DNA of 53,549 nucleotides from Macrostomum lignano. Its lineage: Eukaryota. How positions within the stretch are numbered: the first letter of the stretch is position 1; every line of letters begins with the position of its first letter. Under the pieces are notes generated by a model. The model worked only from the letters and a program-made list of their open reading frames with translations. It was not told the origin of the DNA and did not search any database. The position numbers and the translations under genes were made by a program. Of this stretch, positions 13,309 through 28,299 are shown piece by piece. The stretch lies in contig NIVC01002058.1 in NCBI GenBank assembly GCA_002269645.1, forward strand, positions 1 to 53,549, read 5' to 3'.

Positions 13309-14206
13309 CTTCGTCAATGTCGGGCGGCAGGCCGCCAACGAAGACTTTCCTGCTGAATCGCTCCTCAGAGCGGACAGCGGCGAGAGCGGCGTTACCATTG
13401 GAGTCCATCGCGCCGGCTGTAGCGTCGACGCTGTCAAGACAAGACCTCAGGCTGTCCAGCGGATTCCCTGTCCAGTCTAAGTTGCTGTGAAATTGTTGCT
13501 GTTGTTGTTGCCATGACGACGAGGAGTTACCGTGTCTCTGCTGCCATTTATTTGTCACAGACCAAGCTGTTGATGGAGACAACTGGCCGCCATTGCTGGA
13601 GAACCCCGATGGTCCTCCTCCATTGCTCCATCCTTTGTGCCCGCGGCCCTGACCTCCCTGCTGCTGCTGCTGCTGCGAATTGCCATTGAAGTTTGACGGC
13701 CCAGAACGTCCACCGCCGCCAGTGATGGGCCGCTTCTGCTGGTGCTGCTGTCCGCGAGGCGGCGGCACTGCAAACTGCTGCTGCTGAATGCCTGGAAACT
13801 CTTCTGGCCAAGCCGAGGATGGCGGAGGAAGGCAGGTCAGCTGAGCCAGCAGTTGATCAGCTGTTTGCATCCAGTCGATGTTAGCGCTCTGCTGCTGCTG
13901 ATGCTGCTGAGGCGGCAGCAGTGGCATGAAGTCGGGTCCGCAAACAGCTGGGTTGAATTCAGCATTGGAAGTGGTTGCTGTGAGGAAGTTCAGCGTGGCG
14001 CTTGGGTCTTCGCTATGGCTGTTAGCAAAGGCTGAGGCACTCGAGCCTGTTGCTGTCGATGTTAATAGCTGAGACACGTCTGGACCAGCAGCCAAGGACG
14101 ATGTCAAATCGAGAAAGTCCAGATTCGATGATGGGCCAACATGAGTAGATGAGGCACCATTTGTGTCAGTGCGGAATGAGTTCATGATATTTTGTGGGTG
14201 AAGCAT
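13309..14206 (-). CDS. CPEB2/orb2: CPEB2/orb2-type protein, exon 1 (Q/N/G-rich low-complexity N-terminus and start of RRM1)
   Basis: Ends RFSRKVFVGGLPPDIDE, donor GTCAGA at 13308. The four exons join to 1605 nt (534 aa). The exact start codon (14206 or 14185) is uncertain. Confidence 0.92.
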
Positions 14207-14313
14207 AAATAAAAAATGCTTTGTAATTAAGTTATTATAGTTAGATCATATCTACTTAACTTAAGCCTTCACATGAAAAAATAAATTGTATATATAAGCA
14301 TTGTAAAAAAAAC

Positions 14314-14808
14314 CAGAGTTCCAATATAGCTATAGATATGGCTATGGGAAGTTACAAATATGGAGTTTTTTGCCAAAGCACATGGATATGGATATAGTTA
14401 TGGGAATATATACTTCCGATATCTAGTAACACCACTCAATTGAGAATTGAAAGACAATTGGAGCTATTGACTTGATAGGGTTAGGGCAATAGAAATAAAT
14501 GAATGTTGCCAGTTCCTGGAAAGTCCCTGGAAATCAAGACTTAACCATCAATATAGATTTTTAATACTATATCCATATTGTATTTATAGTTGGACAATAT
14601 GGGGTAAAGATAAATCTTTTCACCTTCAAAGGGGAGCTTTCAAGTCCCTGAATAGATTTGGGACTTAGCAAAAGATTTTTGATGCCACATGCATGCTGTG
14701 ATTTATATACTAGCTATGGATATAGATATGGATGGCTATAGAAATTTTTCTCAAGATATAACTTATGGATAGATATAGATACAAAAAAATGTTTCTGATC
14801 GAACTCTA
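14314..14808. mobile_element. Possible old non-autonomous DNA element
   Basis: Short imperfect inverted ends (CAGAGTTCC ... CGAACTCTA), A-rich near-duplicated flanks and internal TATAGATATGG repeats. Weak support. Confidence 0.3.
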
Positions 14809-17800
14809 AAAAACCTATATACTTATTAATTTGCTTAACTTATTTACTTACTAAACTTAAAAAACTTTTCTTGTAAGCTTAAGTTTGCTATGACTATGAC
14901 TTATCAATATTGCTCTAAAAATAGAAATATTTTAGGATAAAAAGAATCAAATTTCCAAATTAATTCAGATGCAAAAATAAATGCCTGCCTAATGTATGAA
15001 ATAATCTAATAAATTTTTGCTGGACTTCTAATTTTATTTTTTTGGAAATGGATAAATTGAAAGTAAAGTACAGTATCATTACATAACAGTATTAATACGA
15101 TGTAAAAAGATGTTAAAGATAAATGGTCCAAATGTTTCACAAATTCTAACTAATTTATTTACACACGCACAACGAACATAGCCTAGACTCATAAGTACGA
15201 GCTAAGATAAGTTTACTAGCCTTAGCATACACTGCAGAGTGCAGACTGCGGTGCAGAGGCCAGCAATCGCTAAGTGACAAGTGAGTAAGTACAATTCCTG
15301 AAAATACATTAACCGAAGAGGAGAACAGTTTGAACAAGAAACGAACTGCAGAGGCATAGAAAGCAGGCACTAATACGAAGACGTCACAAGTGACAACTAT
15401 GCTATGCCATGCATCAGGCAACAAACAAAAAAGGCTGAAATGGATTGCGATCATTGCGTTAAAACTGTTAAAACTATAAACATGCCACGTTGAAAAACAT
15501 TGCTCAAACATTTGCAAATATAAACAAAGTGTGATATTTTAATTGAAAAAATCGCTTCTTTACCTTATAAAATTTAAGATTATTCTATTTTTAAAGTATG
15601 AAGTTAGTAGTTAAAGCTTATGTATTGCTTAATTTATTTTTTTAAGTTTTAGTAACGTTGACTTGTGTTGAACCTGTACTGGCCATCGACACTCTCGTCT
15701 TGCTTACACGTGTTATATAATTTAGTCAATATTTGAAAATCGAAAATGCTAGTTGCTTCGTTAGGTAGGTAGGGCTTCTACTTAGTTAGTACTGGAAGTT
15801 TAGTATGTTTGTATTTCTCGGCAGATATTATTCTGACAGGCATTTAAAAAGATCCTCTAGGCTCTAGAGTCTCGCTGTAGTCTCTATTTTGAAAGAATTA
15901 GCTAGGCGCTAGACCTAACGCCGGCAATTTTAATAAAGAAGCGCACGTTTAATTATTTTATAGCTAAGCATGATATTTCACCCGATAGTTCTTTGATTTA
16001 AATATTAGAAAAGTGAAGTAATATTCTCAACTAGGCCTATGCAAAGCAAACCTGTCTTTATTCAGTTTAGGGCCTACTATAGTATAAACAAGCCTAGGCC
16101 TATTTGAGTCTTAGGCCTACTCTTAAGCCTAGTAAACAAAAATGTTATACATTTAGGCTAGGCTATCCATTTGTATTGTATCCATATATATTGCACTTAG
16201 GCCCTATGATTTATTAAAATTATACTAAAATGGCAATGTTGAATCTGAATAGGGCCTATATTGTAAGAAAAAACTGTCTAATTTAATTAAATGAATTATG
16301 ATGCCAATGATGATTAGGCCTAGGCCCTATATCACTAGGCCTTATAGGCTTTTTAGTACAAATATTACTTTGGCCATGAACTTTTTATAACCTTTTCTGT
16401 CAACTATTCTATCAATTTTTCTGTTAAGGAATGCCTGAATCCTTGAATCCTATATGGTTGATTCTAGGCCCCATCAATTTTATATTGTTTGCATATTTAT
16501 AACTTTGAAAATAATTAGGGCATAAAATACATTATTGGGCCTAGCATTATTAATTATATTTAAATGCACTGAGCATTTTTTAAAGGTTCAATGTTATATT
16601 TATAATATTTAGGGCCTATCATTATTTTATATTTAAATTATAGGCCTAGCCTAGTTATATTTTATAATTATATAGTAATATTTTTTATAGTTATACTTTA
16701 ATTATACTTATACTTTTATAAATTATAGTTATATATATAATTATTTGCTTTTATGTATAGGCCTAGGCCTACATATATAAGGGCATCATTAGACAGATAA
16801 GGAAAATATGCCCCCTTCCCAATAAAGCTATGGGCCAAGGGACATGTCAATGCTTTTTGTCTTTGTCCAAGAAAGTAGTAGTAGAGCAAGAATTTGGGTT
16901 ACAATGCCTATCTAGCTAGAATCCATTTTGCTTATGCTAGAATAATAGGTCTAGCATAGCATAGGTATTAGTTGGATTTGATAAACATTAGGCCTTAGCC
17001 TAGATTTGAATAGACTAAACTGCTATTATTGCAACTTGGGTTTGAATTTTAAATAGCCTATGTATTTTTATTATAAGTTTTGTTGTATAGGGCCTAAAAA
17101 ACTCAGAAAGAAAAAGCATAAATAAAACATTATATTAGAACATTATTTCAAAAATGAAAGTAGCACTATATCAAACATAAAAAATCATTGGCGAATTGCT
17201 ATGATGTCAAAGCTTATAGGATAATTATTAAGCTGCCAAGACTAGATTGCTAGTAAAGCAAACAAATAAATAATATTAGGCTTAGCTAGATATGCATATA
17301 TATAAACTAAGTAATTTTTTTTGTAAACTATATAGAGCTAACTATTATGCTTTTGTACCACCTTGTCCTTAGACCTTGAAGCCAATGATGGTACAAAAAG
17401 GTAAAAAAGAGCAGCTATACCTTTTTAGTAGAGACTAAAGTTTTAAGTAGGGAATCAACATTTTCATGCAAAGATATAGGCATGCCCCCCTTTGGGTCTT
17501 TATCCCTAAGATCCACCTTTTCTATATATGTAACAGCTAGCCAACCTAGCCAATGTAGCTAATATAAATTGTGGCAGTCCAAAGGAAAGTAAAATAATCA
17601 ACAACCAAACAGGAAAAAGACAAGAAAGCAAAGAAACAATAAGGAAGACAGGCAAGAGGGACAAAAGAAAGCTATAAAAGTGGCACAATTAAACAAGAAT
17701 CCAGCTCTTAATGACAAAATATAATAAACCATTTGGGTAATTATTGCCTAATAGACAAAATATTGTTATTGACTTACTAAAATATGAAAAAGGATAAAAT

Positions 17801-17943
17801 ATATCAGCTTTGAATGCTATTTTTAGTCCTGATATAAAATTTTCAGATGCAGAAATTTAAACTCATTTTTAATATGTGCACATAAAACACCTAAGAACAC
17901 CTAAAAATTCATAACTGCAGCACAGATTCTTATCCAACATAAA

Positions 17944-18173
17944 ATGGTTGATGAAGCAACAAAGAAGACTTTGGCAGCAATTCCGCTGTTAAAGACCAAA
18001 GCTGGTCCAAGAGATGCAGATCTCTGGGTCCAGCGGCTCAAGGAGGAATACCAGGCCCTCATCCAGTATGTGCAGACTAATAAACAGGCAGACAATGACT
18101 GGTTCCGATTGGAGTCAAATCAGGAAGGCACTCGCTGGTTTGGCAAGTGTTGGTACTATGACCAGCTTAAAAG
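17944..18173 (+). CDS. UFC1: Ubiquitin-fold modifier-conjugating enzyme 1, exon 1
   Basis: [65 protein letters not shown]; donor AG|GTGGGA. Confidence 0.97.
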
Positions 18174-18235
18174 GTGGGAATTGCTTACTGGCTTTCCCTG
18201 CTTTCAGCTTTAACCAACGTTTGTTGGTTTGAGTT

Positions 18236-18745
18236 GTGAATTTCCGCCCCCTAGATGATTGGGTTGTGAATTTCCGCCCCCTAGATGATTGGGTTGTGAA
18301 TTTCCGCCCCCTCTAGGAGTCTAGGTGATTGGGTTGTGAATTTTCACCCCCTCTAGGAGTCTAGGTGATTGGGTTGTGAATTTTCACCCCTTTAGGAGTC
18401 TAGGTGATTGGGTTGTGAATTTTCACCCCCTCTAGGAGTCTAGGTGATTGGGTTGTGAATTTCCACCCCCTCTAGGAGTCTAGGTGATTGGGTTGTGAAT
18501 ATCTACCCTCTCTAGGAGTCTAGGTGATTGGGTTGTGAATTTCCACCCCCTCTAGGAGTCTAGGTGATTGGGTTGTGAATTTTCAACCCCTCTAGGAGTC
18601 TAGGTGATTGGGTTGTGAATTTTCACCCCCTCTAGGAGTCTAGGTGATTGGGTTGTGAATTTCCACCCCCTCTAGGAGTCTAGGTGATTGGGTTGTGAAT
18701 ATCTACCCTCTCTAGGAGTCTAGGTGATTGGGTTGTGAATTTCCG
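18236..18745. repeat. 40-bp minisatellite in UFC1 intron
   Basis: (CTCTAGGAGTCTAGGTGATTGGGTTGTGAATTTTCACCCC)n. Confidence 0.95.
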
Positions 18746-18894
18746 CCTCACGCCCCTCCCTAATGATTAGTTTTCTAATCTAATTAATAGATTAGTCTAC
18801 ATGAACACCAAATATTGCTGCAGCCTACCATATCCCTACTCCCCATCTCGCACTCAACTATTGTAATGAAATTTCGAGTACAAACCCCCGGCAG

Positions 18895-19168
18895 ATACGA
18901 GTTCAACGTAGAGTTCGACATCCCAGTGACTTATCCCACAACCGCTCCGGAGATCGCGATCCCCGAGTTGGACGGCAAAACCGCTAAAATGTATCGCGGC
19001 GGTCGCATCTGTCTCACCGATCATTTCAAACCGCTGTGGGCCAGAAATGTACCAAAATTTGGCATCGCCCAGGCCATGGCACTCGGCCTGGGGCCTTGGC
19101 TAGCGGTGGAGATACCCGACCTCATTGCCCGCGGTGTTGTTGTGCACAAGGATGACCAGGATAGCTGA
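18895..19168 (+). CDS. UFC1: UFC1 exon 2 (catalytic Cys in GRICLTDHF)
   Basis: [56 protein letters not shown]; acceptor GGCAG at 18894. Joined CDS is 504 nt = 167 aa. Confidence 0.97.
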
Positions 19169-19314
19169 GCTACGGCTGATAATTCTTATTTATTCAATCA
19201 TTGTTGTGTGTCATTGCTGTGCTTTTTGGTAAATCCTTTAAAAATCGTTGTCGAGATTTTTTCTTTTAATCTCAACCCTAATATTGTTAATTCGTAGGCC
19301 CATGATCACGATTT

Positions 19315-20329
<1,015 letters not shown>

Positions 20330-20989
20330 TGAATTATGCATTATACTTTCTATTTATTATCTGTAATCGTTTATTTAATTATAAAAAAGCTTAGATTATG
20401 ACTTTTTTCCGATCGAGGTGACGGTGACTAATCATCTATCTATCTTGCTAATCAACGAGGTTACACCTGTAATTCAATGTCAGATACCTGTATTGAACTA
20501 CATTTTAGTGCTTACAGCTTAACTTATGTGCACGTTTTAATTTCAACTATGCATATATGCATTAATAAAAATACAGATTTATTTGACAAATATTTCTCTC
20601 ATGGAATACTCTTTGAATGAAAAAAAATCTAATTTCTTTCAGACTTTATTATTTTTTAATGTTATGGGTAAAACGTATTTATTTGTATTTTTCAGAATAC
20701 TGTGTTTATACTACTCACTGTATTAAGTAGCTTATTATTAGCTTTTCATAATAGTAAATTTACGGTTAGTATAAACAAATTTACTAAGGACAGGTTATGA
20801 CTCTAATGTGGCGATTGCAGTTCACTCGTGCATTTATCATCTAAAAATCTATTTTTGCCGTTATGCTAAAAATTTTGAGCAGCTTTACATTTACTCCCGC
20901 ACATCTTTTGAGCATAGCAGTAACATGCATGGACAAGGCCATCGCTAAGACGGATAGCTTTCACAAGCTCCAAACTTCAAGCGACAGAA

Positions 20990-21095
20990 AGACAGAAACA
21001 CACAGACAGACACTGAGACAGACAGACACACAGACAGACACTGAGACAGACAGACACACAGACAGACACTGAGACAGACAGACAGACAGACACTA

Positions 21096-21128
<33 letters not shown>

Positions 21129-21167
21129 CACAGACAGACACTGAGACAGACAGACAGACAGACACTA

Positions 21168-21200
<33 letters not shown>

Positions 21201-21650
21201 CACAGACAGACACTGAGACAGACAGACACACAGACAGACACTGAGACAGACAGACACACAGACAGACACTGAGACAGACAGACAGACAGACACTAAGACA
21301 GACAGACAGACACTAAGACAGACAGACAGACAGACAAACAGACACACAGACAGACTGACACACAGACAGACTGACACACAGACAGACAGACACTGAGACA
21401 GACAGACAGACAGACACTAAGACAGACACACAGACAGACAGACAGACAGACAGAATCACACAGACAGACAGAAACACACAGACAGACAGAATCACACAGA
21501 CAGACAGACACTGAGACAGACAGAATCACACAGACAGACAGACACTGAGACAGACAGAATCACACAGACAGACAGACACTGAGACAGACAGAATCACACA
21601 GACAGACAGACACTGAGACAGACAGAATCACACAGACACATACAGACAGG
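20990..21650. repeat. Compound CAGA/CACA/CTGA microsatellite
   Basis: Visible array. Confidence 0.95.
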
Positions 21651-21885
21651 CAAGCAGACGGAAAGAATCGCAAGTCTCTGCACCAAGCCAAAGGAATGAA
21701 CAGGTTGGCTGATTGCCTCACTGAAGACCTGAAAATACTACGAGTATAATACGCTTCGCGTACTCGTACGGTTCCGTGTACGTTCGTTATGTAGCATCAA
21801 GAGTGTTGTAAAAAATCTGCACAAATACTTTGGAGCTAACTACGTGCTCAAACAGACTCGCGCGATCTGTTATCTAGATCCGCTT

Positions 21886-22211
21886 CTAGACTGAGAAGCA
21901 CCCGCTCGCAAGCTCGTTCAGTTCGGCCTTTGTCAGCCTGCTGAACTGCCCGACTGTCCGGGCTCCTACGCCCGACTCCGTCTTTGTCGCTGTTGTTACC
22001 AGCGGAAACAGGCTATCGACTGGGAATCTGTGCCGATGCCTGGCACTGTGCCCGGCATAGCCCAGGTGTAGGAACCGGTGAATCGCCAAGGTTCTGTCCG
22101 TGATCCATGCGCTGCTGTTGGCCTCCACAAGCTGTTGGCAGGCATCGAGCTTCAGCTGGGCTGACGTTGATGGCGGCTGTCTGGCAGTCAACTGGTGTTT
22201 TGTTAGACGCG
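21886..22211 (-). CDS. GT32/DXD glycosyltransferase, exon 4
   Basis: TTTCAG acceptor; in phase with exon 3; contains TLAIHRFLHLGY, resembling the C-terminal YAxHH motif of GT32 enzymes. Confidence 0.7.
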
Positions 22212-22329
22212 CTGAAATGACAGTTTAATGCGTGTGTTTATCTTATACAGGTGAAACTTCTGTAACAGGTGTGTGACACTGTCCTCTCTAACCAGTGACA
22301 CAGTTTCCATGACACATTACAACACTCAC

Positions 22330-22491
22330 AGCTAATATCTCGGAGGCCCGCTGATCGATCAGGCAGAGGTGAGAACACGTGCGGTTGAAGTACGCGGAGT
22401 CCGCCACGCTGGCTGATCAGGTAATTGCGTTGGAATAGCTTTAGCTGGCTTGTTAGGTAGAGCGGCCCCGTGGTGCGAATGATGTCTTCGT
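22330..22491 (-). CDS. GT32/DXD glycosyltransferase, exon 3
   Basis: Not in the ORF track: (N)EDIIRTTGPLYLTSQLKLFQRNYL...VLQPHVFSPLP; CACAG acceptor, GTGAGT donor; 162 nt, in phase. Carries the conserved TGP.xLT motif. Confidence 0.88.
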
Positions 22492-22519
22492 CTGTGGGGT
22501 GTTTTATTGGTGATTGATC

Positions 22520-22537
22520 TGTCTATCTATCTATCTC

Positions 22538-22629
<92 letters not shown>

Positions 22630-22633
22630 CATG

Positions 22634-22673
<40 letters not shown>

Positions 22674-22679
22674 CATCTC

Positions 22680-22744
<65 letters not shown>

Positions 22745-22760
22745 GTATCTATCTACCTAT
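22520..22760. repeat. (TATC)n microsatellite
   Basis: Visible array. Confidence 0.97.
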
Positions 22761-22797
22761 ATGTATAACTAGCTACACAAGCTAGTCATCAGCTTAC

Positions 22798-23004
22798 TGT
22801 GTCTGGCAGCTCGCAGGTTCCGGAGCACCTGCTCAAGGAACGGGTGCCGTCTAACGCACCCAATAGCGGAGTTCATCACTGCAAAGTCAACACCATGCAA
22901 TATCCTGCTCTGCTCAGGTCTTTCCTGATCGAAGAAGCAGGTTTCCTTGGAGACTAGCGAGTCCATTGGTCTCAAACAGTGCACGTCCATGTCAAGGTAC
23001 ACTC
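22798..23004 (-). CDS. GT32/DXD glycosyltransferase, exon 2 (DXD motif)
   Basis: (G)VYLDMDVHCLRPMD...VMNSAIGCVRRHPFL; TTGCAG acceptor, GTAAGC donor. Confidence 0.92.
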
Positions 23005-23134
23005 CTGCAAAAAAAGTTGATGTCGCAGAATTCTCTAAATATGATTGTGCAAAATTGCTTTAACACCATGCCATTCAACACCTGATTGAAGCGGGAAATC
23101 TGAAGCACGCCTACGTTCTTTAAAGTTTCAGGAT

Positions 23135-23970
23135 CCACACTGTCACACGCTTCAGTATCCAAAGGGTCACACGCTTCAGTATCGAAAGGGTCTCACACAC
23201 TTCAGTATCGAAAGGGTCACACACTTCAGTGTCGAAAGGGTCACACACTCCAGTATCCAAAGAGTCACACGCTTCAGTACCCAAAGGGTCACACGCTTCA
23301 GTATCGAAAGGGTCACACACTTCAGTACCCAAAGGGTCACACGCTTCAGTATCGAAAGGGTCTCACACACTTCAGTATCGAAAGGGTCACACACTTCAGT
23401 GTCGAAAGGGTCACACGCTTCAGTATCGAAAGGGTCACACACTTCAGTATCGGAAGGGTCTCACACGCTTCAGTATCGAAAGGGTCACACGCTTCAGTAT
23501 CGAAAGGGTCACACACTTCAGTATCGAAAGGGTCACACGCTTCAGTATCGAAAGGGTCACACACTCCAGTATCGAAAGGGTCACAAACTTCAGTATCGGA
23601 AGGGTCACACACTTCAGTATCGAAAGGGTCACATGCACACTTCAGTATCGAAAGGGTCACACACTTCAGTATCGAAAGGGTCACAAACTTCAGTATCGAA
23701 AGGGTCACACACTCCAGTATCGAAAGGGTCACACGCTTCAGTACCCAAAGGGTCACACGCTTCAGTATCCAAAGAGTCACACGCTTCAGTATCGAAAGGG
23801 TCACACGCTTCAGTATCCAGAGTCACACGCTTCAGTATCGAAAGGGTCACACGCTTCAGTATCGAAAGGGTCACACGCTTCAGTATCCAGAGTCACACGC
23901 TTCAGTATCCAGAGTCACACGCTTCAGTATCGAAAGGGTCACACGCTTCAGTACCCAAAGGGTCACCGCT
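23135..23970. repeat. 24-bp minisatellite (ACACGCTTCAGTATCGAAAGGGTC)n
   Basis: Visible array filling GT32 intron 1. Confidence 0.95.
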
Positions 23971-23998
23971 TCAGTTTGCCATTCTGAGCAGCCGTTAC

Positions 23999-24536
23999 CT
24001 CCAAATTGATGTAGAATGAAGTAGCGCAAAGCGTCAGACCTCTGCAACGGCTGTTTGTAACTAAGGAACAGACCAATGAACTGGGCGTAGTGAGTCCGCA
24101 TAAACTGCTTGGCGTCTTCGTCCGTCCACAGCATGTAGGAAAACTGAGGATTCAGTCGCAGACAGGCCGAAATTGAGGCTCGGTAATCCACTGGCAGCTT
24201 ATCAGATGAGTAAATCTGGTGCAGAAGCGGCGGGATTCTGTTCCCACATCCCGACCTGCTCAGATTTCTAATCCTCATCGGCAAAAGTCCCTCCTCCAGC
24301 CTGATAATATCGCCGATTTTTCTTTCAACAATCGGATCGTCGGAAAATCCGCTGTCGATATTGTCGTAGCCAAACCAATTCCGGCCGGCTGTGACAAAGT
24401 AGATCCCGCCCTCAGTGCCGTTCAGAATCTGGACAAGAATAACAATTAGAATTAGTAGGCAGCACAGCGCGGCACTGAAGTTGGCTGAAAGACTTCCCAA
24501 ACTGCGTTTCCGTCGGCTCTTTTGCGATGATGACAT
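23999..24536 (-). CDS. GT32 family (OCH1/SUR1-like DXD sugar-binding domain) type II membrane glycosyltransferase, exon 1
   Basis: N-terminal basic stretch plus TM helix (AALCCLLILIVILVQIL), then RIPPLLHQIY, YMLWTDED, QRSDALRYFILHQFG|G. Four exons join to 1233 nt = 410 aa. Confidence 0.92.
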
Positions 24537-25266
24537 TTCGAGTCTGGGCTAATGCATGCGGCCCGCCAGTTTAACTCTCACGGCTGCATTTATCCTCATT
24601 GTTGAAAGGAGACGGGACCTATAAATAGATTTCCTTCCTCTGTAACCAATTGGATTCCGGGACAAGAATAAAACAGGTGTGACAGCTATTGATATCTAGC
24701 TGCAATAAACCTGTTCGGCCTTAACTCTCTTAACTCTCTTAGTGCCAGGGTGGCAGTCTGTTTTAAGCCTGCATGGCTCTCCCAATCCTCCCTGAGGCAC
24801 AACCCCCTCTCTCTCTCTCTCTCCATCTCAATATAGTTGTGTGCCAACTTTGCCCACCCCCCCCCCCCCCCTACCCACAGCAACCGTTTCGCCCAGTTCT
24901 GCAGTCTCAACTCCCTGGCCTGGCCAGCGAGTGCGTGCTATTTTTAGACCACAGGCTGCCCTCGCCATCTGCCAGTGACGGACAGCTGGCTCTCTTATAG
25001 CTCCCTCAGGCGCACACAAGCAGCAGGCACAGCCCGCGAGTTCTGGACAGCAGCCTGCTGTTTCTTTCGCTTTTTCACTGCATCATCAGAGCTGCGAGCA
25101 GGAGAAAATTTCTGTTCCCCCCGTTGCCTGCTGAAACTCCCCCAACTCTTCATTTCACTCTGCCTTTGATTTTTTCTGCTTGCAATATGAGTGCTGCATA
25201 TGCCTCAGCTCTGCCAAAATCGATAAAGCCTTTGGTTTGAAACTCGAGTCATTTGCTATCAACTCA

Positions 25267-25690
<424 letters not shown>

Positions 25691-26741
25691 TCAACCCAGT
25701 TGAACTAGGGCTCAACGTACACCCTGACCACTGCCAGCAATATATTTGCTTGAACTGGGGAGCTCAGAGCTCAAGTAGGCACCAGAAAGTTTTTTGCTTC
25801 CTTTTATGCATGTCTTAGGTTGAATTCATCGACCCATTTTTCTCTAGTAGTGGCTGTGGATCTTGAATGAAAAAGGATAATTGATCAAAGTCCTTTTAAC
25901 CTGCGTGTATAACTGCACAAATAAAAAACGGCTTCAACATACGGTGAGTTGGGAATTTTAATAAATTCTCAAGTAACGATATGTTTTCCACAGTCCATCA
26001 CACAACTGCACATGCCATGCATACATGTATGTGCACTCTAAAGCAGTTTGTACAATACATTATACATGCATTACGACGTGAGAGAACCTTAATTGCATGA
26101 TCGATGGAGTTTGCTACAGTGTATAACTTTTTATTGTATTACTGTGTGCATTACTGAAGTACTAATCTTGGAGCAATACATCGTAAATAGTCACTTACAG
26201 ATCGATGATACAAACTATACATGTACTTACTATACTAAGTCGAAATCAAACTTTGTGTATGTAAATTCGTGATTCGTTAATCCATTAAAATACTGCAGTA
26301 CTTCGAATGTTTTGCGGATATACAGACAACGTTAGCTTAAATAAGTCCTTTTGCTTTAATAATTATGTGCAAGAAACGTTATGATTTTCACCTGGCAAAT
26401 TTTCAAAACCAATCCTATACATATAGGTGCAAATGCATGTTAAATGTATGCACCTTGTTTTTCCACCAAGCAAACATCAGGAATTTGCATCCAGACCAAG
26501 ACTATAAAGAACACGACACGTGTTGACTATACATGTAAGTGTGCACTGCTATATCAGGTGTAGCTATACATGTGGAAATATATATTACATGTTACACAAA
26601 AATGATGCGGGTATTTTGAAACTTTTTCATGGGGAAAATTTCTCGGATTTTTTATTTACATAGTATTATATGTTAGCATTTTTGCTGCTCCAACAATTTC
26701 TCTCTATCGTGTTTGGCAGACGGAATTGTGGATAGGCTACT

Positions 26742-27162
26742 GGGTCGCCATCATAAACTCGAAAAATCACAACTCCGAAATCACTTTCCATCATAAACCC
26801 GAAATATCATAAACCCGAGATATCACAAACCCGAAAATATCACTGCACAAACCCGAAATATGATAACTCCGAAAGTGTTAGCAACGCCCATCATAAACCC
26901 GAAATATCATAACTCCGAAAACCGAAATAGTGTTGGACATTGCTAAAACTTTCGGAGTTATGATATTTCGGGTTTGTGCATGATATTTCGGGTTTATGAT
27001 GGGCAATGCTATTTTTGTTTTCGGAGAATGATATTTCGGGTTTGTGATTTTTCGGTTTTATGATGTGCGTTGCTACCAATTTCGGAGTTATGATGTTTCG
27101 GGTTTATGATGGAAAGCGCTTTTCGGAGTTGTGATTTTTCGGGTTTGTGATGCCCCCCCCCC
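26742..27162. mobile_element. Foldback-type MITE (Mutator/FB-like) with tandemly repeated inverted arms
   Basis: Left half carries repeats of ATCA(T/C)AAACCCGAAAT, right half their reverse complement. G-rich termini. 8-bp direct repeat AGGCTACT at 26734-26741 and 27163-27170. Confidence 0.8.
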
Positions 27163-27421
27163 AGGCTACTTACATTGCAGGGAATACATGAGCAAAATAA
27201 TTTAAGCGATCAGATTACTGAAAAAAAAATTTGCTTGGTAAAACGGTGAAATTTTTTTTGCATAAATACTTCTTTTAGAAATTGCTTACCCATAGCTTTT
27301 TATTTAAATAGGCTAAATAATTCTTTGTATTTAAATTTGGTTATTCTTCGAAATCGATGTTAAATGTACACTCATCTTTGCACTAGTATTCTAGTAACCG
27401 CAACCGGTGCGGTTGCGGTAT

Positions 27422-27611
27422 CAGGTACGGATCCAGAAAAATTTGAACAGGGGGCGCAGATTACTAAGTTACATGTATATGTTTATTATGTACATGTATA
27501 TCTATGCGATAATGTGTATTCTTCATATAAAAATATAATAAAATTTAAACTTAACGGGGGGCGCCGCCGCGCCGGGCGCGCCCTGTGCGCCACCCCTTAA
27601 ATCTGCCACTC
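27422..27611. mobile_element. hAT-type MITE (190 bp)
   Basis: Ends CAGGTACGGATCCAG ... TAAATCTGCCACTC (variant of the CAGTGGCGGAT family). 8-bp TSD TGCGGTAT at 27414-27421 and 27612-27619. Confidence 0.75.
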
Positions 27612-28299
27612 TGCGGTATCATCAATTATTATGCCTCGTTAGCAATGATAAGCCTAGAGAGGCATTTGTTTAAGTCACTAATTTGAGATATTCACTAAAT
27701 ATTTTAGCAGCTTGTAAACAACTCGAATAGGTAGGGCCTAGCAGAAGTTCAGGACTGCACTGCACGTTGTGATTTGTGACATTGCTAACTAAACATTACA
27801 TATCTTAATCTAGAACCTCGACACAACTAACATGGTCAGATGGTGTATGCTAGTATTTTAAGTAAAAAGTTGGCTTATCTTTACGTGTTACCAATGCAAC
27901 CTAATTTACAATTACATTTAAACATACTATGTAAAATACACAGAGTTACCTAAAAAATTATTCCTGGACTAGAGTATGCCCTAGATATTATATAATGTAA
28001 CAGTCTAAATGTAGGACATAATAAAAATTCAAATTAGTTCAAAAGAGTTTTTGAAGTCCTGATTTATATTTATTTGATTAGTTGATTTTTTGATTAAGCC
28101 TAGGCCCCTAGTTATTAGTAGATCAGTATTAATTAGTTGAACGAAACATGATGTTAAAGCACATTCATAATTAATATGTATGTATTTCAAAATTTATACC
28201 ACATTTGAATCCATGTAATATGCATCAAAATATAGAGTATACTACTAATATTGTACATATGTATACCCAAGTATATTTAATAATAATAATACTATTAGG

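Noticed and set aside
15900-17300. High density of AGGCCT/TAGGCCTA palindromes in AT-rich DNA
   Set aside because: No periodicity or boundaries; also scattered at 27600-30700; looks like a local compositional trait.
18815-18894. N-terminal extension of the UFC1 exon-2 ORF (MLQPTISLL...)
   Set aside because: Intronic; homology and phase place the acceptor at 18894.
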